From a virus, in the IMG/VR virus record IMGVR_UViG_3300037423_000411, positions 32,001 to 96,000 of that record: DNA of 64,000 nt. One strand, written 5' to 3'. Positions 21,337 through 31,998 of this stretch are shown piece by piece; the first letter of the stretch is position 1; each line of letters opens with the position of its first letter. The notes under the pieces were generated by a model. It had not been told where the DNA came from. It did not search any database and saw nothing but the letters and a program-made list of their open reading frames with translations. The position numbers were made by a program, and so were the translations under genes.

Positions 21337-22446
21337 TTACTCCACTGGCAGCCGATGACAGGCCTTGCACCGGCCCGTCGCCTGACCAGGCAGATCGCCG
21401 CCGATCTCCAGGAGACGATTGACCTCTTGGTGTGTCAGCTCAGGGTTGTTGGCGGCCTCGGTGATCGCCCCGAGTACGCCGTACATGGACAGATCCTCGG
21501 ACGCGTAGATGCCGTTGATGACGTCCTGCCGTACGGTCTTAGGTACCTTGTACTTCTCGAAAATCTCCCGCAGCGCCGTGTTGATCTCGCCTTCCAGGTT
21601 GATCGTCGTCAGCTTCGGGAGAGCGTCGAACTCGTGCTTCAGATCGTCGGCACCGGCGAACGCGTCTTCCAGCCACTGCAGAGCATCGTCTTCGGACGGC
21701 GTGCCCTTGCGCGAGTAGGCGCCAGTAGTCGAGTGCGAACTCGTGCAGCCTCCGTGATTGGACCAATCGAAGAGGTAGCCTCGCAGCCGCAGTGGTGCCG
21801 ACGCGGTCAACGAGTTCTGAACGTCCAGCCCGTACGACCACTGGTCGTTGGTATCGGTGACCTCGTTGTAGATGCTCGCGTACGGCTCAGTCATCACCAG
21901 CCGGTACTGCGTGAACCGGAGATCATGGTGATACTTGAAGTCGACCACGATGTCGTTGTCAATGATCCCGTACTTCTCGCACATCAAGTCGACGGCCTTG
22001 TGCAGGACCTTCACGTTGCTCACCGGAACAACACTGCCCTTGGTGAACGCGAGCCCCTTGCCATCGCTGTGCAACAGCTTGAAGGACTGTCCTGCCGTCC
22101 CGTGGCTGAACCAGTAGTTGAGGTGCTCGGCCATCATCGCGCCCGGTGTACGCATCGCATACTTGCGCGGGAGACCAATCATGCTGGTCGCCTGCAGAGC
22201 CGCGTCCTTGGTCAGTGAGTACGTCTCACCGAACATCTCGATCGTGGCTGACGTCTCGAACGTGCCCTCCTTCTCGCCCAGCTCGGCATTCCAGCCATTC
22301 GGAAGGGTGAACTCCACGTACTCCGTGCCGTCCGGCACGAACTGCACAGCACTCAAAGGCTCAGTCGTGCTGAGCGTGCCTTCGAGCTGCGACAGGCTCT
22401 TCATCCTGCTCAGCTGCTCGGACTCAATCAAAACTGCTCCGGACAC
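21337..22446 (-). CDS. DUF932-like phage protein
   Basis: LPRKY...LNYW, PVSNVKVL and GLDVQNS pattern; start uncertain. Confidence 0.55.
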   Translation of the reverse strand: MSGAVLIESEQLSRMKSLSQLEGTLSTTEPLSAVQFVPDGTEYVEFTLPNGWNAELGEKEGTFETSATIEMFGETYSLTKDAALQATSMIGLPRKYAMRTPGAMMAEHLNYWFSHGTAGQSFKLLHSDGKGLAFTKGSVVPVSNVKVLHKAVDLMCEKYGIIDNDIVVDFKYHHDLRFTQYRLVMTEPYASIYNEVTDTNDQWSYGLDVQNSLTASAPLRLRGYLFDWSNHGGCTSSHSTTGAYSRKGTPSEDDALQWLEDAFAGADDLKHEFDALPKLTTINLEGEINTALREIFEKYKVPKTVRQDVINGIYASEDLSMYGVLGAITEAANNPELTHQEVNRLLEIGGDLPGQATGRCKACHRLPVE

Positions 22447-22820
22447 CCTCGCCTCGCTTTCCTGCTTGCGTACGTCGTGCAAGCACGACAAGTGCGCTTG
22501 CCTCGATAGACTCTCGTGTTTTCTTCGGTGTACTCGTGACCGCGAGGACAGTGCGTCTTGTTGGCGAACCCGTTGCGGCCCTTCATGTCACGATCTCGGT
22601 TGTTGTCTCCGACAGTGCCCTCCACCAGATGCTCAGGATTGACGCAAGGCGGATTGTCACAGGTGTGCATGATGCAGAGCCTGTAACCAGGCAAACGGCC
22701 ATGAGTGTCGATCCATACCAAGCGGTGAGCAAGCTGGACAACGGAACCGAAGCGACGCACCTTCACGATCCCGTATCCAGCCTTGTTTCGGTTGCCTTCC
22801 CACTCGATGCAATCGCTCAT
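22428..22820 (-). CDS. HNH homing endonuclease
   Basis: CIEW...GYG, AHRL, HTCDNPPCVNPEHL...N and THCPRGHEY...CRAC. Confidence 0.9.
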   Translation of the reverse strand: MSDCIEWEGNRNKAGYGIVKVRRFGSVVQLAHRLVWIDTHGRLPGYRLCIMHTCDNPPCVNPEHLVEGTVGDNNRDRDMKGRNGFANKTHCPRGHEYTEENTRVYRGKRTCRACTTYASRKARRGCPEQF

Positions 22821-23509
22821 GCTGGTCGCGCCACCCAGCTGTAACCTTCCCCGTAAGGGATGTCGTCTCCGTGGACATAACCCACGGCCTCAAGCTCGTC
22901 CTCGACTTCCCTGCGGTTCTCAGGGCCTACGATGAAATCGTGCATCTCCACCAGTAGCGTGGGCTGAAACTCCATCAGCGTCTTACGAGCACCCTTCAGG
23001 ACCCGCTTCTCAGCTCCTTCCACATCGATCTTGATCATGTCGACGCGCGCCAGATCCTCGTGCTTGAGAAGCGTGTCAAGCTTGTCGGCCTGAACCGAAC
23101 CCCACTCAGCGGCAGGAATGCAGCGCCGTGAGCCGCCTGAAACCTTGTCGTTGGGGTCCACCATGTCGAGCCGTGTCTTCTTGTTCCAGGCAGCTGCGTT
23201 GATCGTCGTGATCTTCGATCCGAGATCGTTGAGGAGGATGTTCTTCTCCAACTTCTCCCACGTCGAGAAGTTGGCCTCGATCGCGATGACCTGCTCGGCC
23301 TTGCGTGCCAGCTCCAGCGCGTACAGACCCACATGAGCGCCGACATCAACGAACACCCCGCCCTTGGGGAACGCGAACAACGCCATGTTCACGATGCCCA
23401 TCTCGTGCCCGAGGATAGGAAGATGATCGTCGGTTTCCGGGCCTTCGTAGTGCCACTTCAGCCCTGTGGGGCCTACGGCAACGGTTCCCGGTAGCAACTT
23501 CTCAGTCAT
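22817..23509 (-). CDS. FkbM-family methyltransferase
   Basis: FVDVGAHVGLY, IAIEAN and IKIDVEGAE motifs. Confidence 0.88.
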   Translation of the reverse strand: MTEKLLPGTVAVGPTGLKWHYEGPETDDHLPILGHEMGIVNMALFAFPKGGVFVDVGAHVGLYALELARKAEQVIAIEANFSTWEKLEKNILLNDLGSKITTINAAAWNKKTRLDMVDPNDKVSGGSRRCIPAAEWGSVQADKLDTLLKHEDLARVDMIKIDVEGAEKRVLKGARKTLMEFQPTLLVEMHDFIVGPENRREVEDELEAVGYVHGDDIPYGEGYSWVARPA

Positions 23510-23734
23510 CTTCCACTCCCACATCAACGAGCTGAGCATCATAAGGAAGCTTCAAGTCAGGAGCTACCAGAGGCTCGAACGCCACCACGGGAACCTGCAT
23601 CGTCACCCTGACAGCCCTAGCGTGCTTGGGCTTCTTCTGTGTGAACCCCACGACCTTCGCGCCAATCACTTCGTAGTCGTCCCAGATCGGTTCGATGTGC
23701 AGATACACGCTGACCGTTACGTAACCAGGCGCTG

Positions 23735-24997
23735 TCACATCAGCTCACCTGTCTTCATGTTCACCTTGTTGCCTCCCTCAGGAACGTCCAGGAAGTCGGA
23801 CACGTCCTGCTCTTCGTCGTCCAGCTCCTGTGACTCAGCGACAGACAGTTCCGTGACATCACCAGCGATCTCGACACCGAACTTGTCGTACTTGGACCCG
23901 TCGACCTTCTCCATGCCCTTCTGAGCCAGCACCTCTACGGCCTTGGCTTCCAGCGTCTTCAGCCAGTCGGTCCGGTACTCCAGAGCTTCCAGCTGCTTGC
24001 TCTCACCCTTCGGCACGTCGAAAGGAGGAGCTAACTCGTTCGGGTACTTGTAAACCCCCGCGCTGGCCTTGACGATGCCTTGAGCAACCAGGTAGCTCAG
24101 TACCGCGTGAGGCTGTGAGAACCCCTTGCCGAAGCGCACCCGCAGCTCAGCTGTGCGGAACGGATCGCCCACCTTGTTCTTGAGCACCGTGACCTTGGTC
24201 CGCACCGACGTCGTCAGGTTCTCTTCCTGCTCGGTGAGTTCGTTCTCACCCTTCTCCTTAACGTTACCGATCTGCTGGAACTCCATCCGGAGCGAGCCGT
24301 AGAAGGGGAGAGCCTTGCCGCCAGGAGAGGTCTTCTGCTTGATCCCTTGAGCCGCCATGCGCTGACCCATCGGGGTGAGATCTGCTTTGTCCATGACATG
24401 GTTCAGGAAGACAGCCGCGCAATCGGTCTGCTGCAGCTTGCCTACGATCTGACGGCAGAACTGGTGCATGAGCTTGGCTCGCTCCATGACCTCGGCCGTA
24501 CCGGTGTCGGACTCGATCTCGCGCTTGGTCACCATCGACGCCACCGAGTCGAAGATGCCCATTCCAAGCTCTCCGGTGTCGAGAAGCTTCCGGAACAGGT
24601 TCGCTCCGTGCTCGAAGTTCTTGGGCCAGAGGTAGATGAACGAAGGGTCCTTCGTGTCGATGCCGAGCGCCTGTGCGTAGTCCTTGTCGAGTGCGTACTC
24701 GTAGTCCACGAACATCACATAGCCACCAGCCTGCTGCAGCTTCGCAGCGGTCTGCAATGCACACGTGGTCTTGCCGCTCGACGGCGGACCGATCAGCTCG
24801 GTGATACGTCCCTTCGGGAGCCCTCCGACGCCCGTCACAGCGTCCAGCAGGAGGTTGCCCGTAGTGAGACCCTCAACCGGCTTGAACTCCTCCAGGACGC
24901 CGATAGGCTCCTTGTCCTTACCCGTACGCAGCTGAGTCAGCGTCTCCGCAAGCGTGAGCTTCTTCGGCTCGGCTTTCTTCTTAGGTGGCACCCTCAA
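23735..24997 (-). CDS. recA: RecA-like recombinase
   Basis: GGLPKGRITELIGPPSSGKTT, IFDSVA, PGGKALPFYGSLR and KNKVGDPFR. Confidence 0.95.
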   Translation of the reverse strand: MRVPPKKKAEPKKLTLAETLTQLRTGKDKEPIGVLEEFKPVEGLTTGNLLLDAVTGVGGLPKGRITELIGPPSSGKTTCALQTAAKLQQAGGYVMFVDYEYALDKDYAQALGIDTKDPSFIYLWPKNFEHGANLFRKLLDTGELGMGIFDSVASMVTKREIESDTGTAEVMERAKLMHQFCRQIVGKLQQTDCAAVFLNHVMDKADLTPMGQRMAAQGIKQKTSPGGKALPFYGSLRMEFQQIGNVKEKGENELTEQEENLTTSVRTKVTVLKNKVGDPFRTAELRVRFGKGFSQPHAVLSYLVAQGIVKASAGVYKYPNELAPPFDVPKGESKQLEALEYRTDWLKTLEAKAVEVLAQKGMEKVDGSKYDKFGVEIAGDVTELSVAESQELDDEEQDVSDFLDVPEGGNKVNMKTGELM

Positions 24998-25092
24998 TCC
25001 CTTCGTCTGGTGAGAGGCGCGAAGAACCAGGGCTTACGCCGCCGTTGAATGGCCTCTCATCACACGTACGGACTTCGGAGACAAGATCTGCA

Positions 25093-25136
25093 CAGAGGCG
25101 AATGCCTTAGGGGTGACGCTCCTTGTATGGCCTCTG
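25093..25136 (-). ncRNA. solo TIGR-like unit (a degenerate second unit lies at 25011-25059)
   Basis: cagaggCCA-tacaaggag-CGTCACCCC-taaggcattc-gcctctg. Confidence 0.62.
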
Positions 25137-25191
25137 AACAGCACAACACCCCCGCAGCGTCCATTACGGGGGTGTTGAGTCTTGTTGAGGA

Positions 25192-25482
25192 CTACGCGTA
25201 CTGCTTGGCGGCCTTCTTCAGCTCCTTCGCCGCGCCCTCCAGGGCCTCGGCGACGTCGGTGCCGACGACCTTCTTGTGCGAAGCCGCCTGCTTGACCGCG
25301 TCCCGCGCTGCGTTGAGGCGCTCGACCTTCTCCTCCGAGGTGAGACCGGAACGTCCCTGCAGCTCCTGCAGAGCCTCCTCCAGCGCCGCCGACGCCTTCT
25401 TGGACTCGACCTTGTAGCGAGCGTTCTGGATCGTGCTCTGCGCCGACTTGCGGAGATCGCGGCCCTTGCTGCTTCCGTACAA
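25192..25482 (-). CDS. small helical protein, GxSGL family paralog 1
   Basis: TTG start after GGAGG; RDLRKSAQ...GRSGLTSEEKVERL. Confidence 0.7.
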   Translation of the reverse strand: MYGSSKGRDLRKSAQSTIQNARYKVESKKASAALEEALQELQGRSGLTSEEKVERLNAARDAVKQAASHKKVVGTDVAEALEGAAKELKKAAKQYA

Positions 25483-25579
25483 AACTGCCTCCGTGGTTGT
25501 GAGAGCCTTCATGCTCTTCGGTTGACTTGCAGACGACCTTACGGGGGTCAAGTTACAGCTGTCAACTCGGTCAGCCGTT

Positions 25580-25745
25580 TGAAAAAAAGTTCCTCTGGAC
25601 AGAGCAAGAGCCCTGACAGAACCGCTGCTCTCACACAGCGCCGCCGGAATTGACGGTCACGTTCTATCAGGGCTCCGGGTCGGAGGCAGTTGACCCACAG
25701 ACTCGGAGAGTCTGCTGCTGGGGCACGAGGGTGTGTCCGCGCGCT
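25580..25745 (-). ncRNA. structured intergenic RNA with loops antisense to early-gene leaders
   Basis: Several stems; loops AACUGCCUCC and UGUGAGAG; ends in a U7 tract at about 25582. Confidence 0.6.
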
Positions 25746-26360
25746 GTTGACAACGTTACGCTTCGGCGCCCTCGGCCGTCAATTGCAGCACGCTAGCTGT
25801 CAGTTCTTTGCACGCTTGCGCATAGGTTTTTTCCCATGACTTAGGCGCGGTGCCTACTTCATGCGTGACGAAGCGCACAGACCTCGTACGACCCGCCAAA
25901 CACCGGATAGAAACCCAGCCGATGGCATGTGAGTCCACGTCCATCAGATGAATGTCGCGCTCACGCAGCTGCATCGTCTCTGCTGAGGTGAGTTCCATGT
26001 TGTCGCCTGAAGCTATCCCTGACGGTGGCAGTCCTGCGAGCTTGACCACCGGCTGAGGCTCAAGGCCTCGCGCCTTCAGCTCAGCCGGTGTCATGTCCCT
26101 GTCAAGCGCGTAGAACGGCTCTACCGTCAGGCCTACGAACGTCCACTCCGACGTCTGAGCTAACCCCACACTGATGACCTGAGGAGGCTGTGTACGGCTT
26201 CCTGACCTCAGTGAGGACGAGAGATACCCGGCCAGCACAGTTGCTGCTGGCACCTTCCCTGAGCCTGTCTTGAGGAGCTTCAGCTGACCTGACCGCAGCT
26301 GCTTGCTCCGCTGGACGTTGATCAACTGCGTATCCAGCTCACGATCGTCGGAGTAGACAA

Positions 26361-26879
26361 CTACAAATCCAGCCATCCAGCCTCCTCCGAGAGAGCTGTC
26401 ACACGAATGATCGCGCCCTCCCGCTCCCCGTAGACCTTCTGAGACGGTCCGACGCGTACAGCTAGAGCGTCGTCCTTCCACACACCGGCAGCCGTCAGTG
26501 CGTCAAACGTCGACCGGAACAGCTTATCGATATCGCCCTTGGAATGATTGGTGACGTAAAACGGAGCGTCGTCTTTCAGGAGATGTGCATTACGGCCAGT
26601 GCGATAGTGCGCCTTCGGCCGTTTGAAGATGAAGGTGATCGCGATCTCACAAGGCCCTTCCCACGGAACCCAACCGTCACCCACCTCCTCCTCGGCGGCC
26701 TTCTTCACGTCGGTACGCCAGGAGGAGACCTTCGCGGAGTTCTCCGACATGGCAACCTGACCCGTGTACTCGCCAGCCTTCTTGATCGCCCAGCCTCGCT
26801 TGCTGCCCTGAGCACCTGGGGTGCCGAACACCCGGAAGGACACGTCGAACCCGGTCATCGGGTCAGGTTGCACTGTCAT
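26361..26879 (-). CDS. rusA: RusA-like Holliday junction resolvase
   Basis: PGAQGSK, RPKAH and GDIDKLFRSTFDALT...WKDD. Confidence 0.9.
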   Translation of the reverse strand: MTVQPDPMTGFDVSFRVFGTPGAQGSKRGWAIKKAGEYTGQVAMSENSAKVSSWRTDVKKAAEEEVGDGWVPWEGPCEIAITFIFKRPKAHYRTGRNAHLLKDDAPFYVTNHSKGDIDKLFRSTFDALTAAGVWKDDALAVRVGPSQKVYGEREGAIIRVTALSEEAGWLDL

Positions 26880-27880
26880 CAGAGATCCAGAATGTCCTGC
26901 AGAGACATCATGGCGTCGGCCTTCTTCGGCTCGTCCTTCTGCTCCTGCGGCAACGGAGCTGCGAACTCGGCCAACGGGTCAGCCGAACTGCCAGGGGTAG
27001 GATCCGGGGCCTCGGTCACTGCAGGCGTCGGAACAGTGTCCTGCACCTTCGGCTCTTCCTTGACAGGCGTGTCACCGAGCAGACTCGACACGTCGACAGC
27101 AGGAGCAACGTCGATGATCGTACCGTCAACCTTCCGGCCCATCGCGATCTCGTACCGCGACAGCACACGGCTGAGGTCCTCTTCGACCTGCTCACGCGTA
27201 AGACGGCGACCGAGAGCCGCGTCCAGGTTCTCCAACTTGTTGTTCTTGTACGCGAGCTTGACCTGTTCCATGCGAGCATCCGACTTCTGCCACTCGCACT
27301 CACCGGCCATGTTGATGTCGTACTTCTGGTACTGCTTGCTTTCGCACGGGCCGATGTTCAGGTCCCGCGTCTGCAGGTTGCCCCACTCCTTGGTGAGATC
27401 GATCAGCGTGTTGAACCGGGAGTCGGTGAACGACCACGTAACGATCTCGATGTTGAACGGGTCCTGAATCAGGAACGAGCCGACCTGCGTCTTGTATCGC
27501 AGGATGTTCATCGCGAAGCGTCGCTGCGGACCCTGAACAGCATCCGACTCCTTCGACGCCTTGCAGACCGGGCAGTTCTGCACGTCCACGCCCTGGTCGG
27601 CCAGGATGTTGATGTCACCGACACAGATGTGCTGACCGATGAAGTCGGTCTTCATGACCTCACGGGCTTCGGTGCTGCCGTCCTTGTTCCTGAAGTTCTG
27701 CGTCTCCATGACGGCCTTGCCGTTCACGATCTGAGGAGCGCGCAGCGTGTGAACGAACTGGTACTCAGGCTCACCCTCGATGCAGGAGACACGAGCGCGC
27801 TCGCCCTTCTCCAAGCTGAACTTGTTGAAGTCGTACTGCGACTTCACCCGATTCTCGTCCGTGAAGGTCATCTTCGGCAT
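26879..27880 (-). CDS. ssDNA-binding protein (gp32-like)
   Basis: Zn-type C..CPVC, RFAMNILRY and acidic flexible tail; replication context. Confidence 0.65.
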   Translation of the reverse strand: MPKMTFTDENRVKSQYDFNKFSLEKGERARVSCIEGEPEYQFVHTLRAPQIVNGKAVMETQNFRNKDGSTEAREVMKTDFIGQHICVGDINILADQGVDVQNCPVCKASKESDAVQGPQRRFAMNILRYKTQVGSFLIQDPFNIEIVTWSFTDSRFNTLIDLTKEWGNLQTRDLNIGPCESKQYQKYDINMAGECEWQKSDARMEQVKLAYKNNKLENLDAALGRRLTREQVEEDLSRVLSRYEIAMGRKVDGTIIDVAPAVDVSSLLGDTPVKEEPKVQDTVPTPAVTEAPDPTPGSSADPLAEFAAPLPQEQKDEPKKADAMMSLQDILDL

Positions 27881-28478
27881 GTACGTATCCTCGATCTGTC
27901 TGAAAGGCGGGACTCGCCTTAGGTCGAATTCACTTATACGTACGGCGATCTGATCTTGTTACGACGCACCCAGCCGAGAAATTCCTGTCACCGTGACCTT
28001 GTTCACCGGCGTGATCATCTCGATCAGGTTCCGCATCTCCTGCTTGGAGACATCACCTTCGCAGTACTTGCCCAGCTCAATCATCGTCAGCTGTGCATCC
28101 TTGATCTCCTTGTCCGTCAGCTCACGGACAGGTGACGCGTCGCTTCCCAAGTTGTCCACCCTCATACCTCCGTCGTTCCTGTGTCTCGGTAGTCGTTCCA
28201 GCCCTCAGGACGTGGCTCCAGCTCAGCCTGCTCCACGATCTCGGACTGACGCTCGGCCAGTAGGAGACGCTCCTGAGCCTCCTTGTCGTCCTGGTTGTTC
28301 CCCCGAACCTCGTAAGCGTTCTTCGGCATGCGCTCAGTGGCCTTGAGCAACTCGATACGCTGCTTCGCCTCCCAGCAGTTGTGGTGATAGGCGGCCTTGA
28401 GCTTGCCGTTGTCGAAGACGATCTTCGCCCGACGTTCTTCTGTTCCCTTGGCGATACCTCTACGGCACTGGAAGCACT

Positions 28479-28985
28479 TCAACGGTCCAAGCCTCCTTCC
28501 AATGTGATCATCCGTAGACGTGTCTCCACGTCCCTTCTAGACCCCTCCATGCCTCTGTAGAGGGTCCTGACGTACTCCAGCGCCTCGCTGATCTCTGCTC
28601 GCTGACGCGTCGCCTTCCGCAGCGCGATCTTCTGATCGATGGTGTGCAGGTTCAGCCGTGCGTTCCGCTCTTTGGCCGTGCTGTACTCCTCGACGGCCCC
28701 TGCCTTCTTCACAGCCTGCGCTTCGGCGTCTTCCAGCTCTGCTGCCAGATCCTGTTCCGCGATCTGAGCACGCGTGTGCAGGCGTGCCAGCTGAGCCATG
28801 AAGGTCTCGGTCCTGTCCATCGCCTGCCGGTTCTTCACCAGCTGCTTGTGCAGGTCCGCAGGGCTACCGTCCAGCTCTCCGACGCCCACCTGAGCACGTA
28901 GATCCGAGACCGTCAGGATCGCGTGCTTCAGAGCTTCAGGCAGCTCTTCGCTGAGGCTCTTCAACAAGCCTGAAAGATCGCTCAT
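28479..28985 (-). CDS. coiled-coil protein, possible recombination mediator
   Basis: Fully helical; lies near SSB and RecA; function is inference only. Confidence 0.4.
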   Translation of the reverse strand: MSDLSGLLKSLSEELPEALKHAILTVSDLRAQVGVGELDGSPADLHKQLVKNRQAMDRTETFMAQLARLHTRAQIAEQDLAAELEDAEAQAVKKAGAVEEYSTAKERNARLNLHTIDQKIALRKATRQRAEISEALEYVRTLYRGMEGSRRDVETRLRMITLEGGLDR

Positions 28986-29442
28986 CTAGCGCGCCTTGAC
29001 TTCGTTCACGCGTGTCTCGAAGACGCTCTTGCTGATCGCCTCGTTCTGATACAGGTACTTCAGCACCAGCAGATCAGCGGTCTTGTCCAGGAATTCATGC
29101 CGGTCGGCCCAGGACATCGCATCCCAGACCTCAGGACCCTTCAGACGGCGTCCGTCGTTGTCGTCCAGCGTCTCGGTGTGCATGCGCTTGTTACCGTGCT
29201 CAGTCGTCCACTCAGCACCGTTCTGCACCATCACGGTTCTTCTGCCTCCTCCTTATCGTCCAAGTACTCACCACAGCCGCAGGCGAAGCGTGTGTCGCCC
29301 TCCTCATCCGTCTTCAGGTCCCAGCCCTCGTGATCCTGATGACCTCGGAGGAACTTGATCTGCTCCAGACGAGAATCGATGCTCGCCCATAGGTTGTCCT
29401 GCATCTGGTCCAGCATCGACGGCGGTTCCTCCGGAATAGCAG

Positions 29443-31998
29443 TCACAACTCGATTCCTCTCGCCAACGCGTCGATGTCTACCGAACCTCGTGCTCGACGT
29501 ACGGAAGCACCTCCCAAGGTGAGACTCAGAAGGGCCTTGTCCTTGATGTCCAGGCTTGTGCCGATCGGCACACGTGCTTCACCCTGCGGTGTCATCAGCA
29601 CGAGCGTGTTGCCTCCTGGTCGGCTCTTCACCAGCGTCATGAGCGCGGTCGCCTGATCAGCGGACGGCATCTCGCCCAACACAACCTCGACCTCGATCGG
29701 GTCGTTGAAGCTGTCCTCGGCGGCCTCATCGATCGGCACCATCTTGACCGGAGTCAGCTCTTCATCCGTACTGTCATCAAAAGTGGTCGTCCGGAACATC
29801 GTCTCGGGAAGCTCAGCATTCATCGAGTCATGCCAACCGGAATCCTCAGGCTCCTTCGGAAGGTCCGGAACCACAGTCAACCGAATCGGAACCTGCTCTG
29901 GCACGCTCTGTACGCCTCTCTGAGAGCCCTTCACGACCTGCCAGCGCCCGTCCTTCAGCTCGACATCTTCGTCCTTCCAGGACTTGCAAGAGCCGTGCCG
30001 CCAGCCCAGCTCCCAGTCGGCCTTGATCTTCGGGAAGCCAGGGATCGGAAACACGACAGCAGGCTGCAGGAGGTCCCTGATCTCCCAGGGATGAATCGAG
30101 TTGTCGACCTCGAACACCAGCGCGTCGTGAAGGTTGTGCACCAACATGGCCTTGCCCGCACCCCATAGGCCTTCCTTCTTCAGGGCCTTCCACGCGCGGA
30201 TCATGGCCATCTTCATGTAGTCAGCCGCGCCACCTTGAATCGGAGCGTTGATCAGCACACGCTCGCCCTTCGCTCGGATCGCCTTACGCGGGTCCTGCAG
30301 CTCCCAGACTGTGTACTTCCGGCCGAACGGGGTCTCAGCAAAGCCGTTCGCCTTCCCGACCTCCAACGCCCTCTGCATCCACGTGTCGACCGCACTGAAC
30401 TGCGCGAAGTAGGCGTCATACAGCTCCTGAGCACGCTCCAGGCTGATCGCCAGACGCTCGGCCAGCGACTGAACGCCCATCTGATACATCAGCGCGAAGT
30501 TCATGGTCTTACCGACCGCCCGCTGTTCGGGAGTCAGGCCTTCCAGCTTGACTCCGAGCATGCGCGCTCCGGTGAGGCTGTGCACATCTTCGTCATTCTC
30601 GAACGCGTGCAGCAGTGCCGGTTCCTGGCTCACGCCTGCAAGCACGCGAAGCTCGATCTGCGAGTAGTCGTAGCCGATGAAATACGTGCCTTCGGCAGCC
30701 CAGATGTAGTCCCGGAAATTGCCCGCCCAGTAGTCTTCGTACGCCGTCCCAGTCTTCAGGATTTCGTCCCACTCGGGCGTGTGCAGCGTGACGTTCTCGT
30801 GCGTGCTCCAACCCCACTTCTTCGGCAGCTGCTGGACAGCCGGATCGGCCGCAGAGAACCGTCCTGAGCCCACCACGACCTGTGAGAAGGTCGGGTGCAC
30901 ACGGTCATCCACGTCAAAGTGATACTCCGTCAGCCACTTCTTGAAGCGTCGGAGAAGGACGTCGACCTCTCGCATCTCCAGCAGCTTCTTGATCGCCGGG
31001 ATGTCCTTGCTCAGCGCCTCCAGCGCGATCGCGTCGGAGGACATCTTCTTCCACGGCTCCCAGTCGGCGTTCTCGTCCTTCTTGCCTGCCGGTGTGAGCC
31101 GCGTCGTCGTGTATCCGAGATCGCGGTACAAGAGCTGCTTGAGCTGCTGCGACGATGCCAGGTTGATATCCGAGACGTCCCGCAGGGCCAGATTGCTCAA
31201 GCTCTGCTTGACTGCCGTCTCCATCTTGGCGCGGAAGGGGATCGCCTGCTTGTATTCCTCCTCCATCTCCTCCCACGCCACGGCCTGCCCGTACTGTTCG
31301 ACCTCTTTCATCAGTTCACTGGTCTGATGCTCGATCGCCCAGATCTGGCCTCGCTCTTCCTGCGCACGAGGCGTGATCTTCTCGTCCAGTGCCAGCGCCC
31401 AAGCCGAGTCCTCACAGGCGTACGCAGTCACCTCAGGCAGAAGCTGCAGCGTGTTGAACCGCAGACATTCCAGCTCTTTCTGCGTGGCACCCTCAGGGAA
31501 CAGCTCCTCGATCTCGGTCATCTTGTGACCGAAGATCTCGTAGATCAGCTGCTTGAGACCGAAGCCCTTCCACTCGCTCAGCACGTAAGCCGAGAGCATG
31601 CTGTCCCGGCCGTGCCTGATCTCGATGTTCGGGCCACGCCCCTTCCACTCCAAGGTGAGCAAGTTCTTCTGCTCGAACTTCAGGTGGTGAGCGACTGTCG
31701 GCAGCGTCTCTAGGACAGGCTTGATGATCTCCCAGACGTCATGCTCAGGGAGGTTGCCTTCGGCGTTGTCATGCATGATCGGCACGTACCGCGCCCAGGA
31801 AGGGTTGTTCGTGATGCTGAAGCCGACGATGAACTGTTCGGCCCACATCATGTCCAGCGAGCCCTTTTTGCGGTCAGGGCCGCTGTAGCCCGTCTCGATG
31901 TCGAACCCGATGGTCTGCCCTTGCTCCAGCAGCTTGTCAGCTAGCAGCTTGAGCTGATCCAGGCTCTTGACGAGCCCGTAGTTCCGGGAGAGAGGCAT
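29443..31998 (-). CDS. polA: family A DNA polymerase with 3'-5' exonuclease
   Basis: GFDIET (ExoI), YACED (ExoIII), DYSQIELR (motif A), RAVGKTMNFALMY (motif B) and LHDAL (motif C). Confidence 0.95.
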   Translation of the reverse strand: MPLSRNYGLVKSLDQLKLLADKLLEQGQTIGFDIETGYSGPDRKKGSLDMMWAEQFIVGFSITNNPSWARYVPIMHDNAEGNLPEHDVWEIIKPVLETLPTVAHHLKFEQKNLLTLEWKGRGPNIEIRHGRDSMLSAYVLSEWKGFGLKQLIYEIFGHKMTEIEELFPEGATQKELECLRFNTLQLLPEVTAYACEDSAWALALDEKITPRAQEERGQIWAIEHQTSELMKEVEQYGQAVAWEEMEEEYKQAIPFRAKMETAVKQSLSNLALRDVSDINLASSQQLKQLLYRDLGYTTTRLTPAGKKDENADWEPWKKMSSDAIALEALSKDIPAIKKLLEMREVDVLLRRFKKWLTEYHFDVDDRVHPTFSQVVVGSGRFSAADPAVQQLPKKWGWSTHENVTLHTPEWDEILKTGTAYEDYWAGNFRDYIWAAEGTYFIGYDYSQIELRVLAGVSQEPALLHAFENDEDVHSLTGARMLGVKLEGLTPEQRAVGKTMNFALMYQMGVQSLAERLAISLERAQELYDAYFAQFSAVDTWMQRALEVGKANGFAETPFGRKYTVWELQDPRKAIRAKGERVLINAPIQGGAADYMKMAMIRAWKALKKEGLWGAGKAMLVHNLHDALVFEVDNSIHPWEIRDLLQPAVVFPIPGFPKIKADWELGWRHGSCKSWKDEDVELKDGRWQVVKGSQRGVQSVPEQVPIRLTVVPDLPKEPEDSGWHDSMNAELPETMFRTTTFDDSTDEELTPVKMVPIDEAAEDSFNDPIEVEVVLGEMPSADQATALMTLVKSRPGGNTLVLMTPQGEARVPIGTSLDIKDKALLSLTLGGASVRRARGSVDIDALARGIEL

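Noticed and set aside
22428-22820. HNH genes as group I intron ORFs or Tas nuclease partners
   Set aside because: They are free-standing between intact genes, show no intron core and are far from the Tas-like gene.
25690-25839. Plus-strand TTG ORF after GGAGG within the candidate sRNA
   Set aside because: SD-start spacing is only 3 nt, the ORF runs antisense into 25756-26376, and no plus-strand promoter is evident.
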